From assembly GCA_963675595.2 (NCBI GenBank), contig CAXXLZ010000002.1:4608001-4672000 (forward strand): DNA of 64,000 nucleotides, in the 5' to 3' direction. This DNA comes from Thermodesulfobacteriota bacterium. Lineage in GTDB: Bacteria > Desulfobacterota > Desulfarculia > JACQYL01. Numbering within the stretch: the stretch's first letter is position 1; the number at the start of each line of letters is the position of its first letter. The notes under the pieces were generated by a model. That model saw only the letters and a list, made by a program, of their open reading frames with translations. It did no database searches and was not told the origin of the DNA. Both the position numbers and the translations under genes were made by a program. Of this stretch, positions 38,980 through 47,488 are shown in pieces.

Positions 38980-40557
38980 TTATATCTTTGCGGACCCGGA
39001 CTTTCCAAACTTCTTTGCCAGAGGACGGTAGAGGAGTTCGATCTCCGGACAACGCAGAAGTACCGCCAACAACAGAAAAGTGATCCCTCCCACAAGCATC
39101 TGCAACAGCAGGTGCAATGCCGCCCCTCCGGGCAAAGGCAGCTTTGCCGTCAGCAGCGCCGTTGCCGCCAAACCAACGGAAGCCGCCGTGGTTTTCGCAA
39201 GAGACCTAAGTATGTTCCTTCCGTCCATACGGTGAATCTTTTTTCTGAGCAATATGACCAAGAGTCCGAAATTGATTGCGGAAGAAAGAGAATTCGCCAA
39301 GGCCAGCCCCCGAAATTCCAGGGGACCCATGAGCGCCACGCTGAGGCCGATATTGGCGAGAAGAGCCAGGATGGCTATGCCGGCCGGAGTTTTGGAATCC
39401 TGCAGAGCGAAGAAACCCGACAGGAGAATCCTGACTCCCGAAAAAGCCCACAAGCCCAAGGCGTAATAGAGCAGTGCGGAGGCCGTGTGCTCAGCCGCGA
39501 TATGATCGAAGGCACCTCGCTGGAAAAGAACGATGATCATGGGGTCCCTGAGTGCGATAAGACCGGCCATGCAGGGGAAGGTGATGAAAAACAGCAACCT
39601 GAGAGAGTAGGAGAACGTCTGGACGAAACCGTGCATATCCCCATCCGCGACGTGGCGGGACATACTGGGAAGGCTGGCGGTGCCCAAGGCGATGGCGAAG
39701 ATGCCCAGCGGAAATTGCACGAGGCGGTCCGCATAGTAGAGATAGGACACGCTGCCCGCGGCCAGAAGAGACGCCAAAAGGGTGCCCACCAGGACGTTGA
39801 CCTGATATACGGCGGCTCCTAAAACCGTAGGCGCCATGAGTTTCAGTATCTTCATGAGAGCGGGATGTCGGAAGTGGAAAGACGGCCTGAAAGAGAATCC
39901 CTGTCGCGACATGAAAGGGACTTGAAGAAGCAGCTGCACCAAACCTCCGGCAACAACCCCCCAGGCCAATGCGAAAGCGGGGTCCTCCATGAGACGTCCC
40001 AGGGAAAAAACCGCCGCGATCATGGAGAGGTTCAGAAGCGCGGGCGCTGCGGCGGGCGCCGCGAAGTGCCCCAACGAGTTGAGAACTCCCATGCATCCGG
40101 CCACGAGGCCGATGAAAAAGATGTAAGGAAAGGTGATTCGCGTCAGTTCAACGGTAATTTCCAGTTTGCCGGGATCGTCGGTAAAACCGGGAGCGATGAG
40201 ATGCACAAGGGCGGGCGCGAAAGCCAGTCCCAGGGCCGTCACTCCCATCAGAAACAGAGCCTGCAAGGTGAGCACGGACCGGGCCGCCTCCATGGCGGCG
40301 GGCTTGCCCTGCCGGGTCAAGGTTTCCGTGAATACGGGAACAAAGGCCACCGTGAAGGAGCCTTCGGCAAAAAGTCGACGTAAGAGGTTAGGTAGGCGGA
40401 AGGCCACGAAGAAAGCGTCGGCCGAAGCGGCCGTGCCCAGAAAATAGGCGATGACCACATCACGGAGAAATCCCAGTATGCGACTGGTGAGGGTGGCGGC
40501 TCCCACCACACCCGCCGCGCGCGTAACGTTCTTCCGTTCATCGGACGGCATTTTCAT
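38980..40557 (-). CDS. murJ: lipid II flippase MurJ (MviN)
   Basis: SRILGFLRD, ADAFFVAFRLPNLLRRLFAEG, YADRLVQFPLG, LFQRGAF. Confidence 0.96.
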   Translation of the reverse strand: MKMPSDERKNVTRAAGVVGAATLTSRILGFLRDVVIAYFLGTAASADAFFVAFRLPNLLRRLFAEGSFTVAFVPVFTETLTRQGKPAAMEAARSVLTLQALFLMGVTALGLAFAPALVHLIAPGFTDDPGKLEITVELTRITFPYIFFIGLVAGCMGVLNSLGHFAAPAAAPALLNLSMIAAVFSLGRLMEDPAFALAWGVVAGGLVQLLLQVPFMSRQGFSFRPSFHFRHPALMKILKLMAPTVLGAAVYQVNVLVGTLLASLLAAGSVSYLYYADRLVQFPLGIFAIALGTASLPSMSRHVADGDMHGFVQTFSYSLRLLFFITFPCMAGLIALRDPMIIVLFQRGAFDHIAAEHTASALLYYALGLWAFSGVRILLSGFFALQDSKTPAGIAILALLANIGLSVALMGPLEFRGLALANSLSSAINFGLLVILLRKKIHRMDGRNILRSLAKTTAASVGLAATALLTAKLPLPGGAALHLLLQMLVGGITFLLLAVLLRCPEIELLYRPLAKKFGKSGSAKI

Positions 40558-40902
40558 CAAACGAGTTCCCAGGGAAAGGGGTTTTCAAAATTGATGAATC
40601 TAATGGGGTGCCGCCGCTTTTTCAAGGTGCAAGAGGAGCGGGCGAATGGGTTGAGCCTCGGCGGGGAAGGTTGGAAAACGTATAAAACGGCCAAGTTGCT
40701 AAACCGAGCCCAAAACGACTTGGTCTTTATGGTTAAGAAGTGTTTTTCAGAGTGGCCAAAGTTGTGTTTGGCGCTTGACGCGAAAGGGAAGGTTTGTGTA
40801 CCTTCTAAAATTCCGATAAAATCATAAAACGGAAGAGGCTTCCCAAACCCGGACACTGATGACGCCGGGAGACCCTGCCGATAGGGAGTGTTCATCGGAA
40901 CC

Positions 40903-41328
40903 ATGATTGCCTATGATCTTCAATGCGGCGAAGGACACAAATTCGAAGGCTGGTTCGATAACGCGGACGCATTTTCGGACCAACTTGCCAGGGGATTGAT
41001 CACATGTCCCATGTGCGGAAGTTCGCAAATCGAAAGACTATTCTCGTCCTTCACCATCAAGAATTCTCAGCGGGCCGCCATGCCGGGCGACGGTGAAGAG
41101 CAGGCCGCCATACCGGAAAAGATCGTCCAAGCCTTTTACCGGCATTTGGAGAGTGAGTTCGAGGACGTGGGCGCGAACTTCGCAAAGGAGGCCCTGAAGA
41201 TTCACTACGGGGTGTCCGAAAAGACGAAGATACGGGGAGTGACCACCGAACAAGAAGAAGAGACGCTCAAAAAAGAGGGCGTGACCTACCTCAAAGTGCC
41301 GGTACCTCGTTTGACGCCTGATTCTTGA
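40903..41328 (+). CDS. DUF1178 family protein (zinc-ribbon)
   Basis: MIAYDLQC..GH.FEGWF, CPMCGS, EDVG.NFA.EA.KIHYG; start at ATG 40903. Confidence 0.9.
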   Translation: MIAYDLQCGEGHKFEGWFDNADAFSDQLARGLITCPMCGSSQIERLFSSFTIKNSQRAAMPGDGEEQAAIPEKIVQAFYRHLESEFEDVGANFAKEALKIHYGVSEKTKIRGVTTEQEEETLKKEGVTYLKVPVPRLTPDS

Positions 41329-41425
41329 AGCTGAACCCTCTCAGCGAAACAACATCCGCCGCTCCATTCTTCTCGATCGATCCGTCGCAACTTCCCGTTA
41401 TCAGTGGCCTCGGAGGGGTTTCCCG

Positions 41426-43204
41426 TCAAGGGGACTGCTTCTTTCGTGAAGTCTCGATTCTGAGACCCAGCTCGGCCAATTGCATGGCTTCCACTTCAGC
41501 GGGTGCGTCGGTAACCGGGCAGGCGCCTTTCTGAGTCTTGGGGAAGGCGATGACGTCGCGGATGGTCTTGCCTCCGAGCATGAGCGTGATCAGGCGATCC
41601 AGGCCCAAAGCGATGCCGCCGTGAGGAGGGGCTCCGTATTGGAAGGCCTCGAGAAGAAACCCGAACTTTTTCCGGGCCTCTTTCTTGGATATGGACAGAG
41701 CCTCAAAAACCCGCTCCTGCATTTCCGAATCGTGAATTCGGATGCTTCCTCCTCCCACTTCCACTCCGTTCAGCACCAGATCGTAAGCGCGTGATCGCAC
41801 TTTTTCCGGACTGTCGGACAGGAGTTCCACATCCGCTTCCACGGGGGCGGTGAAGGGATGGTGCACGGAAACGTACCTTTTTTCCGTCGGATCGAACTTG
41901 AGCAGGGGGAATTCGGTCACCCACATGAACTGGAAGCGACGATGGTCCACCAGCTCCATGCGACGGCCCAGGGCCAACCGCACTTGTGCTAGAGAGTCGT
42001 TCACGATCTTGGGCTGATCCGCTCCGAAAAGCACCAAGTCTCCGTTTTCCATGCCCAAGGCTTCCGCGAGACCCGTTTTTTCCGAATCGCTCAGGAACTT
42101 GGTGATGGGCGACATCCATTCGTTCCCTTCCACCTTGATCCAGGCCATGCCTTTGGCCCCAAAGCGTCCGGCGAGGTCGGTGAGCTCATCCAACTCCTTG
42201 CGTGAGACCACGTGTCCGCCTTTTACGTTCATGGCCTTGACCACGCCCCCTCCGGTCGCCGCCTTTTGAAAGACTTTCAGGCTGGTTTGGTGGAAGAGGT
42301 GGGTTACGTCCACCATTTCGAATCCGAAGCGGGTGTCCGGGCAGTCGGTACCGTAACAAAGCATGGCTTCGTGGTAGGACATGCGCGGGAACGGGGTTGT
42401 GAGCGGATAGTCCAGGAGTTCCCGAAACAAGCGGGTGATGAGCCGTTCGATGATGTCAATGACGTCCGACTCATCGACGAAGGACAGTTCCATGTCCAGT
42501 TGGGTGAATTCCGGTTGCCGATCCGCACGGAGGTCTTCATCGCGGAAACACCGAACGACTTGGTAGTACCGATCGAGACCGGACACCATGAGTAGTTGCT
42601 TGAACAACTGAGGAGACTGGGGGAGCGCATAGAACTGTCCGATGTTCAGACGGCTCGGCACCAGAAAATCTCTAGCCCCCTCAGGCGTGCTCCGTGTGAG
42701 CACCGGGGTTTCCACCTCGATAAAGTTTTCATTTCCAAGGAAGTTTCGAATGGTGTCGTTCACTCGGTGCCGGAACATCAGATTTCGGGTCATGAAGGGG
42801 CGACGGATGTCCAAATACCGGTATTTGAGACGTATGGAGTCCCCCAAATCTTCTTCATCAAGGTCGAAAGGGGGGGTCTTGGACTTGTTCAGGATTTCCA
42901 GCTCAACGGCCGGCACTTCAACGGTGCCGGTGGGCAGAGAGGGATTGACGGTTTCTTCGTCTCTCAGACGCACGACGCCTCGAACCGCGACCACGAATTC
43001 GGTTCGCAGGTCGTTGGCCAGGGAGTGTGCTTCGCGGGATTGCTCAGGGTTGAAGACCACTTGCACCACACCGCTGCGGTCTCTCACATCCACAAAGACC
43101 ACGCCGCCATGGTCTCTAATGGTGTGAACCCAACCGTTGAGACAGACCTCACGATCCAGCATCGATTCCTGGATCTGTCCGCAATAATGCGTCCGTTTAA
43201 GCAT
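41426..43204 (-). CDS. aspS: aspartate--tRNA ligase
   Basis: RTHYCG, RDHGG, TPEGARDFLVPSR, LPQSPQLFKQ, FRDEDLRADRQPEFTQ, HHPFT, PPHGGIALG; start at ATG 43204. Confidence 0.97.
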   Translation of the reverse strand: MLKRTHYCGQIQESMLDREVCLNGWVHTIRDHGGVVFVDVRDRSGVVQVVFNPEQSREAHSLANDLRTEFVVAVRGVVRLRDEETVNPSLPTGTVEVPAVELEILNKSKTPPFDLDEEDLGDSIRLKYRYLDIRRPFMTRNLMFRHRVNDTIRNFLGNENFIEVETPVLTRSTPEGARDFLVPSRLNIGQFYALPQSPQLFKQLLMVSGLDRYYQVVRCFRDEDLRADRQPEFTQLDMELSFVDESDVIDIIERLITRLFRELLDYPLTTPFPRMSYHEAMLCYGTDCPDTRFGFEMVDVTHLFHQTSLKVFQKAATGGGVVKAMNVKGGHVVSRKELDELTDLAGRFGAKGMAWIKVEGNEWMSPITKFLSDSEKTGLAEALGMENGDLVLFGADQPKIVNDSLAQVRLALGRRMELVDHRRFQFMWVTEFPLLKFDPTEKRYVSVHHPFTAPVEADVELLSDSPEKVRSRAYDLVLNGVEVGGGSIRIHDSEMQERVFEALSISKKEARKKFGFLLEAFQYGAPPHGGIALGLDRLITLMLGGKTIRDVIAFPKTQKGACPVTDAPAEVEAMQLAELGLRIETSRKKQSP

Positions 43205-43385
43205 GCCCGATTTCCATTGATACCACGAGGTTGATCGATATTCGCCCAAGCTTTGGAAAAGGGCTACTATAGGAGCGAGTCCCGGATTTGTAAAGCAAAA
43301 CTTCCGGAAGGATATCCGGTGAGCGCGGGTGGACGGACCCGGGAAGAACGTCCCCGCACCTGTTTTCATTCGTCTGTGCTTCCCC

Positions 43386-43410
43386 CGTTCCCAAGTTGAA
43401 CTTGGGAACG
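43386..43410. repeat. REP-like perfect palindrome
   Basis: CGTTCCCAAGTT-G-AACTTGGGAACG in the aspS / molybdoenzyme intergenic region. Confidence 0.75.
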
Positions 43411-43607
43411 AGACCTCTAGGTAATCTTCATCCGCGCAACGCACCACATCCGGGGAATTCGGTGACGCCGGGCATACCGGGTGAACTCTCCCGACGCGTG
43501 TCCAAAGTCTCAACGGGTCCTGAGAACCCCCCGACCTCGTTATGGAAAACGTATGAGGTCGGTCACTCGGGTCGAGCGCGTGAAAACGCGCCTGTGTGAG
43601 GTTGTGC

Positions 43608-43635
43608 TTGACGGAATAGCTACATATTAGCTACA
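43608..43635 (+). promoter_or_regulatory. promoter -35 box with tandem operator repeat upstream of the molybdoenzyme operon
   Basis: TTGACG (43608-43613) followed by TAGCTACA at 43617 and again at 43628 (11-bp period). Confidence 0.6.
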
Positions 43636-43691
43636 AAGAAGGTATTGGCCTCTCTCCACGCCCCGACCTTAAGTTTAAGGACAGCAAGCCC

Positions 43692-44174
43692 ATGAAACAC
43701 ATTGTCCGCATCAACGTCAACGGCGACCCCTATGAGTTGGCCGTGGATTCCCGGAGCACCTTGCTGGATGTTCTCCGAGAAGACCTTCGCCTCACCGGAA
43801 CCAAAAGGGGATGTGGCGATGGGGACTGCGGAGCCTGCACTGTGCTCTTGGATGGTCGGCCGGTGAACTCCTGCCTTACCCTGGCCGTGGAGGCCGATGG
43901 AAGAGAGGTGACGACCATCGAAGGGTTGGCTCCCTCGGGGTCCGGGCTCCATCCGCTTCAAGAGGCCTTCATCGAGAAAGGCGCGGTGCAGTGCGGCTAC
44001 TGTACTCCCGGAATGATCCTTTCCGCCCTGGCTCTATTGCGCAGGAATCCGAACCCTACCGAGGAGCAGGTACGGGAAGGTCTGAGCGGAAATCTATGCC
44101 GTTGCACGGGCTATAACAAGATTGTCGAAGCCGTCATGGCTGCGGCCGCATCCCGAAAGGAGGAGTCGTCATGA
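43692..44174 (+). CDS. XDH-family small subunit, 2x[2Fe-2S] (HcrC/CoxS-like)
   Basis: GTKRGCGDGDCGACTV, NSCL, QCGYCTPG, GNLCRCTGY. Confidence 0.93.
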   Translation: MKHIVRINVNGDPYELAVDSRSTLLDVLREDLRLTGTKRGCGDGDCGACTVLLDGRPVNSCLTLAVEADGREVTTIEGLAPSGSGLHPLQEAFIEKGAVQCGYCTPGMILSALALLRRNPNPTEEQVREGLSGNLCRCTGYNKIVEAVMAAAASRKEESS

Positions 44175-45064
44175 TACCCAGAATGACCCTCCCTCGATTC
44201 GAGTTCTTTGCGCCGGAAAGCCTGGACGAGGCATTGGAGCTGCTTTCGGAGTATGGAGACCGGGCTCGAGTGAAAGCCGGCGGCACGGACCTGCTCATCA
44301 GAATGCGCAAGCGCTTGGTTACTCCTGATGTACTTATCGGACTGTCCCGACTAAAGCACCTCGAGGCCATCGTATTCGACGAAGAAAAAGGACTGAGTAT
44401 CGGGGCCATGGCCAGGCTGGCCCAAGTGGCCGACAACGAGCATATACGGAATCGGTACCCCGCCGTGGCGTACGCGGCGTCCATCACGGCCACCAATCAG
44501 ATTCGCAATCTCGGAACCGTGGTGGGGAACCTCTGCAACGCATCTCCCTCGGCGGACAACGCCCCGTCCCTCATTGCCATGAAAGGCGAGGCGGTGCTGG
44601 CCTCCGTGAGGGGCAAGCGAATCGTACCATTGGATGCTTTCTTTCTGGGACCGGGAGTCACGGTTCGCGAACACGACGAACTGGTAACGGAAGTGCGCGT
44701 GCTCAGACCAGGGGTCGGAACGGGGTGTGCCTATCAATTCATTTCCATGCGCTCCAAAGTCGATATCGCCGCCGTCAGTGTGGGCGTTATGGTTGTCATG
44801 GATGGAGAGACGATTCGGGAAGCCCGAGTGGTGCTCGGTGCGGTGGCCTCGACTCCTCTTCGCTCTTTGAAGGCGTCCGAAGTGCTGACCGGGGCCAAGG
44901 TCAACGATGCCCTCCTGCAGGAAGCCTCCCGCGCAGCCATGGAGGAAGCCTGTCCTATTTCGGACTGCCGGGCCTGCGACGAATACCGGAAACGCATGGT
45001 GGGTGTGCTGACTCGAAGGGCCTTGCACCAAGCCATATCGGACGTTCGGAACGACCCGAGATAG
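44171..45064 (+). CDS. XDH-family FAD-binding medium subunit (CoxM-like; no HcrB [4Fe-4S] insertion)
   Basis: AGGTDL, IGAM, QIRNLGTVVGNLCNASPSAD. Confidence 0.92.
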   Translation: MIPRMTLPRFEFFAPESLDEALELLSEYGDRARVKAGGTDLLIRMRKRLVTPDVLIGLSRLKHLEAIVFDEEKGLSIGAMARLAQVADNEHIRNRYPAVAYAASITATNQIRNLGTVVGNLCNASPSADNAPSLIAMKGEAVLASVRGKRIVPLDAFFLGPGVTVREHDELVTEVRVLRPGVGTGCAYQFISMRSKVDIAAVSVGVMVVMDGETIREARVVLGAVASTPLRSLKASEVLTGAKVNDALLQEASRAAMEEACPISDCRACDEYRKRMVGVLTRRALHQAISDVRNDPR

Positions 45065-45112
45065 ACCGGAGTTCCGCCGAGTTGCAAACTACTTACGTCA
45101 GGTGGGTGAAGC

Positions 45113-47395
45113 ATGATCGAACGTTCAGTTGTCGGAAAGGATACACCCAGGATCGACGCGCGTCTAAAGGTGACCGGCGCGGCAATCTATACCGACGACA
45201 TGTCTCTGCCCGGCATGCTGCATGGTGCGATTCTCCGTTCTCCTCTGCCGCACGCGCTGATTCGCAACATCGACGTATCGGCGGCGGAGCGGATTCCGGG
45301 CGTCAAAGCCGTGATCACGGGAAAGGACGTTCCATCAATTCGTTACGGCAATTGGAGACTGGTTCCCGAGAGCCAGGATGAGACTCCTTTGGCTCATGAG
45401 AAGGTCCGATTCATCGGGGATGAAGTGGCCGCCGTGGCCGCTGTGGACCGGGAAACCGCCGAAGAGGCGCTGGAACGGATTCGGGTCGAATACGAAGAAC
45501 TTCCCGGATTGTTCGGCGTGGAAGATGCCGTCCGCGAGGGAGCGCCCACAATCCACGAGGCTTCACCCGGCAACATCAGTCTCGACCGGAAGATCGGTTA
45601 CGGCGATTTGGAAAGCGGATTCGCGCAAGCCGACCTGATCCTGGAAGACACCTTCCGCGTGCATCCGGTGAGTCATGCATACATGGAGCCTTGTTCGAGC
45701 CTGGCCGTGGCCGATGGACAGGGCAGAATCACCTTATGGAGCTCAACACAGACTCCTTACATCGTCCAATGCTTGTTGGCGTCCACCCTGGGGTTGCGGG
45801 AGAACGAGGTTCAGGTGATCAAGCCCTACGTGGGCGGCGGCTTTGGGGGCAAAATGGAAATGCGGGTCTGGGACTTCTGTGCTGCGTACCTGGCTCGCAC
45901 GACCGGTCGCCCGGTGAAGTTCACGCTGACTCGTGAGGAGGAGATTCGTACCGGAAGGCGTCGGCATCCTATGGTGATCCGTTCCAAAGTCGGCTTCAAG
46001 AAAGACGGAAGTCTGACGGCCAAGCATTTCCACGTGTTATTGGAGGGCGGCGCCTATAACAGCATGGGGCCGACGGCCACTTTCCTGTGCGGGAATTTCG
46101 GTGCCATGCTTTATCGTTATCCCAATTATCGGTACGAAGGGTACCACGTCTACACCAATAAACCCCCGGCTGGAGCCATGAGAGGTTTCGGCGCTCCTCA
46201 GGCCCTGTTCGCTTCCGAGACCCAGATGAATATTGCGGCGGAAAAACTCGGGATCGATCCCATCGACATCCGCTTGAAGAACGCCATGGTGCCGGGGGAC
46301 GAAATTCCGGACGTGGCCGTGATCAGTTCCTGCGGTTTCGTGGAAAGTCTCAAGGAAGTACGCAAAATGAGCGACTGGGATCGGAAACGAAAGAGGCTCG
46401 GCAAAGGTTTCGGTATCGGTATCGGGTGTTACAGCTTCATCTCCGGCGGTGTATTCAACTGGTTCAATACCCAATACCCGTTTTCTTCCGCCGAGGTTCG
46501 GGCTTACGACGATGGAACGGTCCACCTTTTTACCATGGCGTCGGATATCGGCCAGGGGTCGGATACGGTCCTGGTTCAGATTCTTGCCGAGGAACTGGGC
46601 CTTTCCATGGACCGAGTCCGGATCACTTCGGGCGACACGGCCATGACGCCGAAGGCGGACTTGGGCACTTGGGGCAGTCGAGTGACTCTGATGGCCGGTA
46701 ACGCCGTGATCAAAGCGGCACGCCGGGTGAAGGAAGAGCTGGCCCGTGTGGTGTCGCTCAAATTTAATCTGAACGTGATCCATGAAGTGGATTTCAAAGA
46801 CGGACGGGTCTTCACCAAATCTAGGCCGGATAGGGGCGTGACTTTCGGCGAAGCGGTGGCTTTGGCGATGAAGTACAACCGCGGCGAACAGGTGATCGGG
46901 CGAGGCTCTTACACTCCCAGGGATAAGGGACTGGTTTCACCGGCATTCAGCTTTGGAGCCCAGGTGGCGGAAGTGAAGGTGGATGAAGAAACGGGCAAGG
47001 TCGAGGTGGAGAAGATGTACACCGCTCACGACTGCGGCACCGTGATCAATCCCATCTCCGTTGAGGGCCAACTGGAAGGCTCCATCCATATGGGGTTGGG
47101 CTACGCGCTATGTGAAGAGTTGGTCATGGAAGACGGCCGCACCCTGCCTGAAGGGTTCCTGGATTATAAACTGCCGTCCGCGGTGGACATGCCGCCGGGG
47201 GAATCCGTGTGCATTGAAACCTACGAACCCGAGGGCCCGTTAGGGGCCAAAGAAGCCGGGGAAGGACTGGTCTCCCCGACGGCTCCCGCCATTGCCGAGG
47301 CCGTGTTCCATGCCGTCGGCTACCGCTGCATGGATCTGCCCATCACACCGGACAAAATCTTGGGAATCAGGAAAAGTACCGCGAAAGCCTGCTGA
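45113..47395 (+). CDS. XDH-family molybdopterin-binding large subunit, 4-hydroxybenzoyl-CoA reductase alpha-like
   Basis: KVTGAAIY.DD, HAYMEP, GGGFGGK, AMRGFG, DIGQGS, DLGTWGSRVT, GAKEAGEG; family certain, substrate inferred. Confidence 0.85.
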   Translation: MIERSVVGKDTPRIDARLKVTGAAIYTDDMSLPGMLHGAILRSPLPHALIRNIDVSAAERIPGVKAVITGKDVPSIRYGNWRLVPESQDETPLAHEKVRFIGDEVAAVAAVDRETAEEALERIRVEYEELPGLFGVEDAVREGAPTIHEASPGNISLDRKIGYGDLESGFAQADLILEDTFRVHPVSHAYMEPCSSLAVADGQGRITLWSSTQTPYIVQCLLASTLGLRENEVQVIKPYVGGGFGGKMEMRVWDFCAAYLARTTGRPVKFTLTREEEIRTGRRRHPMVIRSKVGFKKDGSLTAKHFHVLLEGGAYNSMGPTATFLCGNFGAMLYRYPNYRYEGYHVYTNKPPAGAMRGFGAPQALFASETQMNIAAEKLGIDPIDIRLKNAMVPGDEIPDVAVISSCGFVESLKEVRKMSDWDRKRKRLGKGFGIGIGCYSFISGGVFNWFNTQYPFSSAEVRAYDDGTVHLFTMASDIGQGSDTVLVQILAEELGLSMDRVRITSGDTAMTPKADLGTWGSRVTLMAGNAVIKAARRVKEELARVVSLKFNLNVIHEVDFKDGRVFTKSRPDRGVTFGEAVALAMKYNRGEQVIGRGSYTPRDKGLVSPAFSFGAQVAEVKVDEETGKVEVEKMYTAHDCGTVINPISVEGQLEGSIHMGLGYALCEELVMEDGRTLPEGFLDYKLPSAVDMPPGESVCIETYEPEGPLGAKEAGEGLVSPTAPAIAEAVFHAVGYRCMDLPITPDKILGIRKSTAKAC

Positions 47396-47413
47396 GCGGT
47401 CATTGGGTCAAAT

Positions 47414-47451
47414 AAAAGGCGGGAACGCTCTTCATGAGCGTTCCCGCCTTT
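47414..47451. terminator. probably bidirectional intrinsic terminator between convergent genes
   Basis: Perfect 16-bp stem AAAGGCGGGAACGCTC-TTCAT-GAGCGTTCCCGCCTTT. Confidence 0.85.
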
Positions 47452-47488
47452 GCTAAAGATTTAGGAGAGAGAAGAAGAGATATATATG

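Noticed and set aside
40830-40875. GGAAGAGGCTTCCCAAAC...CTGATGACGCC upstream of DUF1178, resembling a fluoride riboswitch or hammerhead core
   Set aside because: Lacks the conserved 5' GAUG and 3' CUAC of the fluoride motif and the GAAA of a hammerhead; downstream gene is not fluoride-related. An Rfam scan would settle it.
47390-47400. Mo-subunit ends in Cys-TGA, possible selenocysteine read-through
   Set aside because: Protein is already complete by homology; the following hairpin is a terminator-type stem and the read-through peptide is not meaningful.
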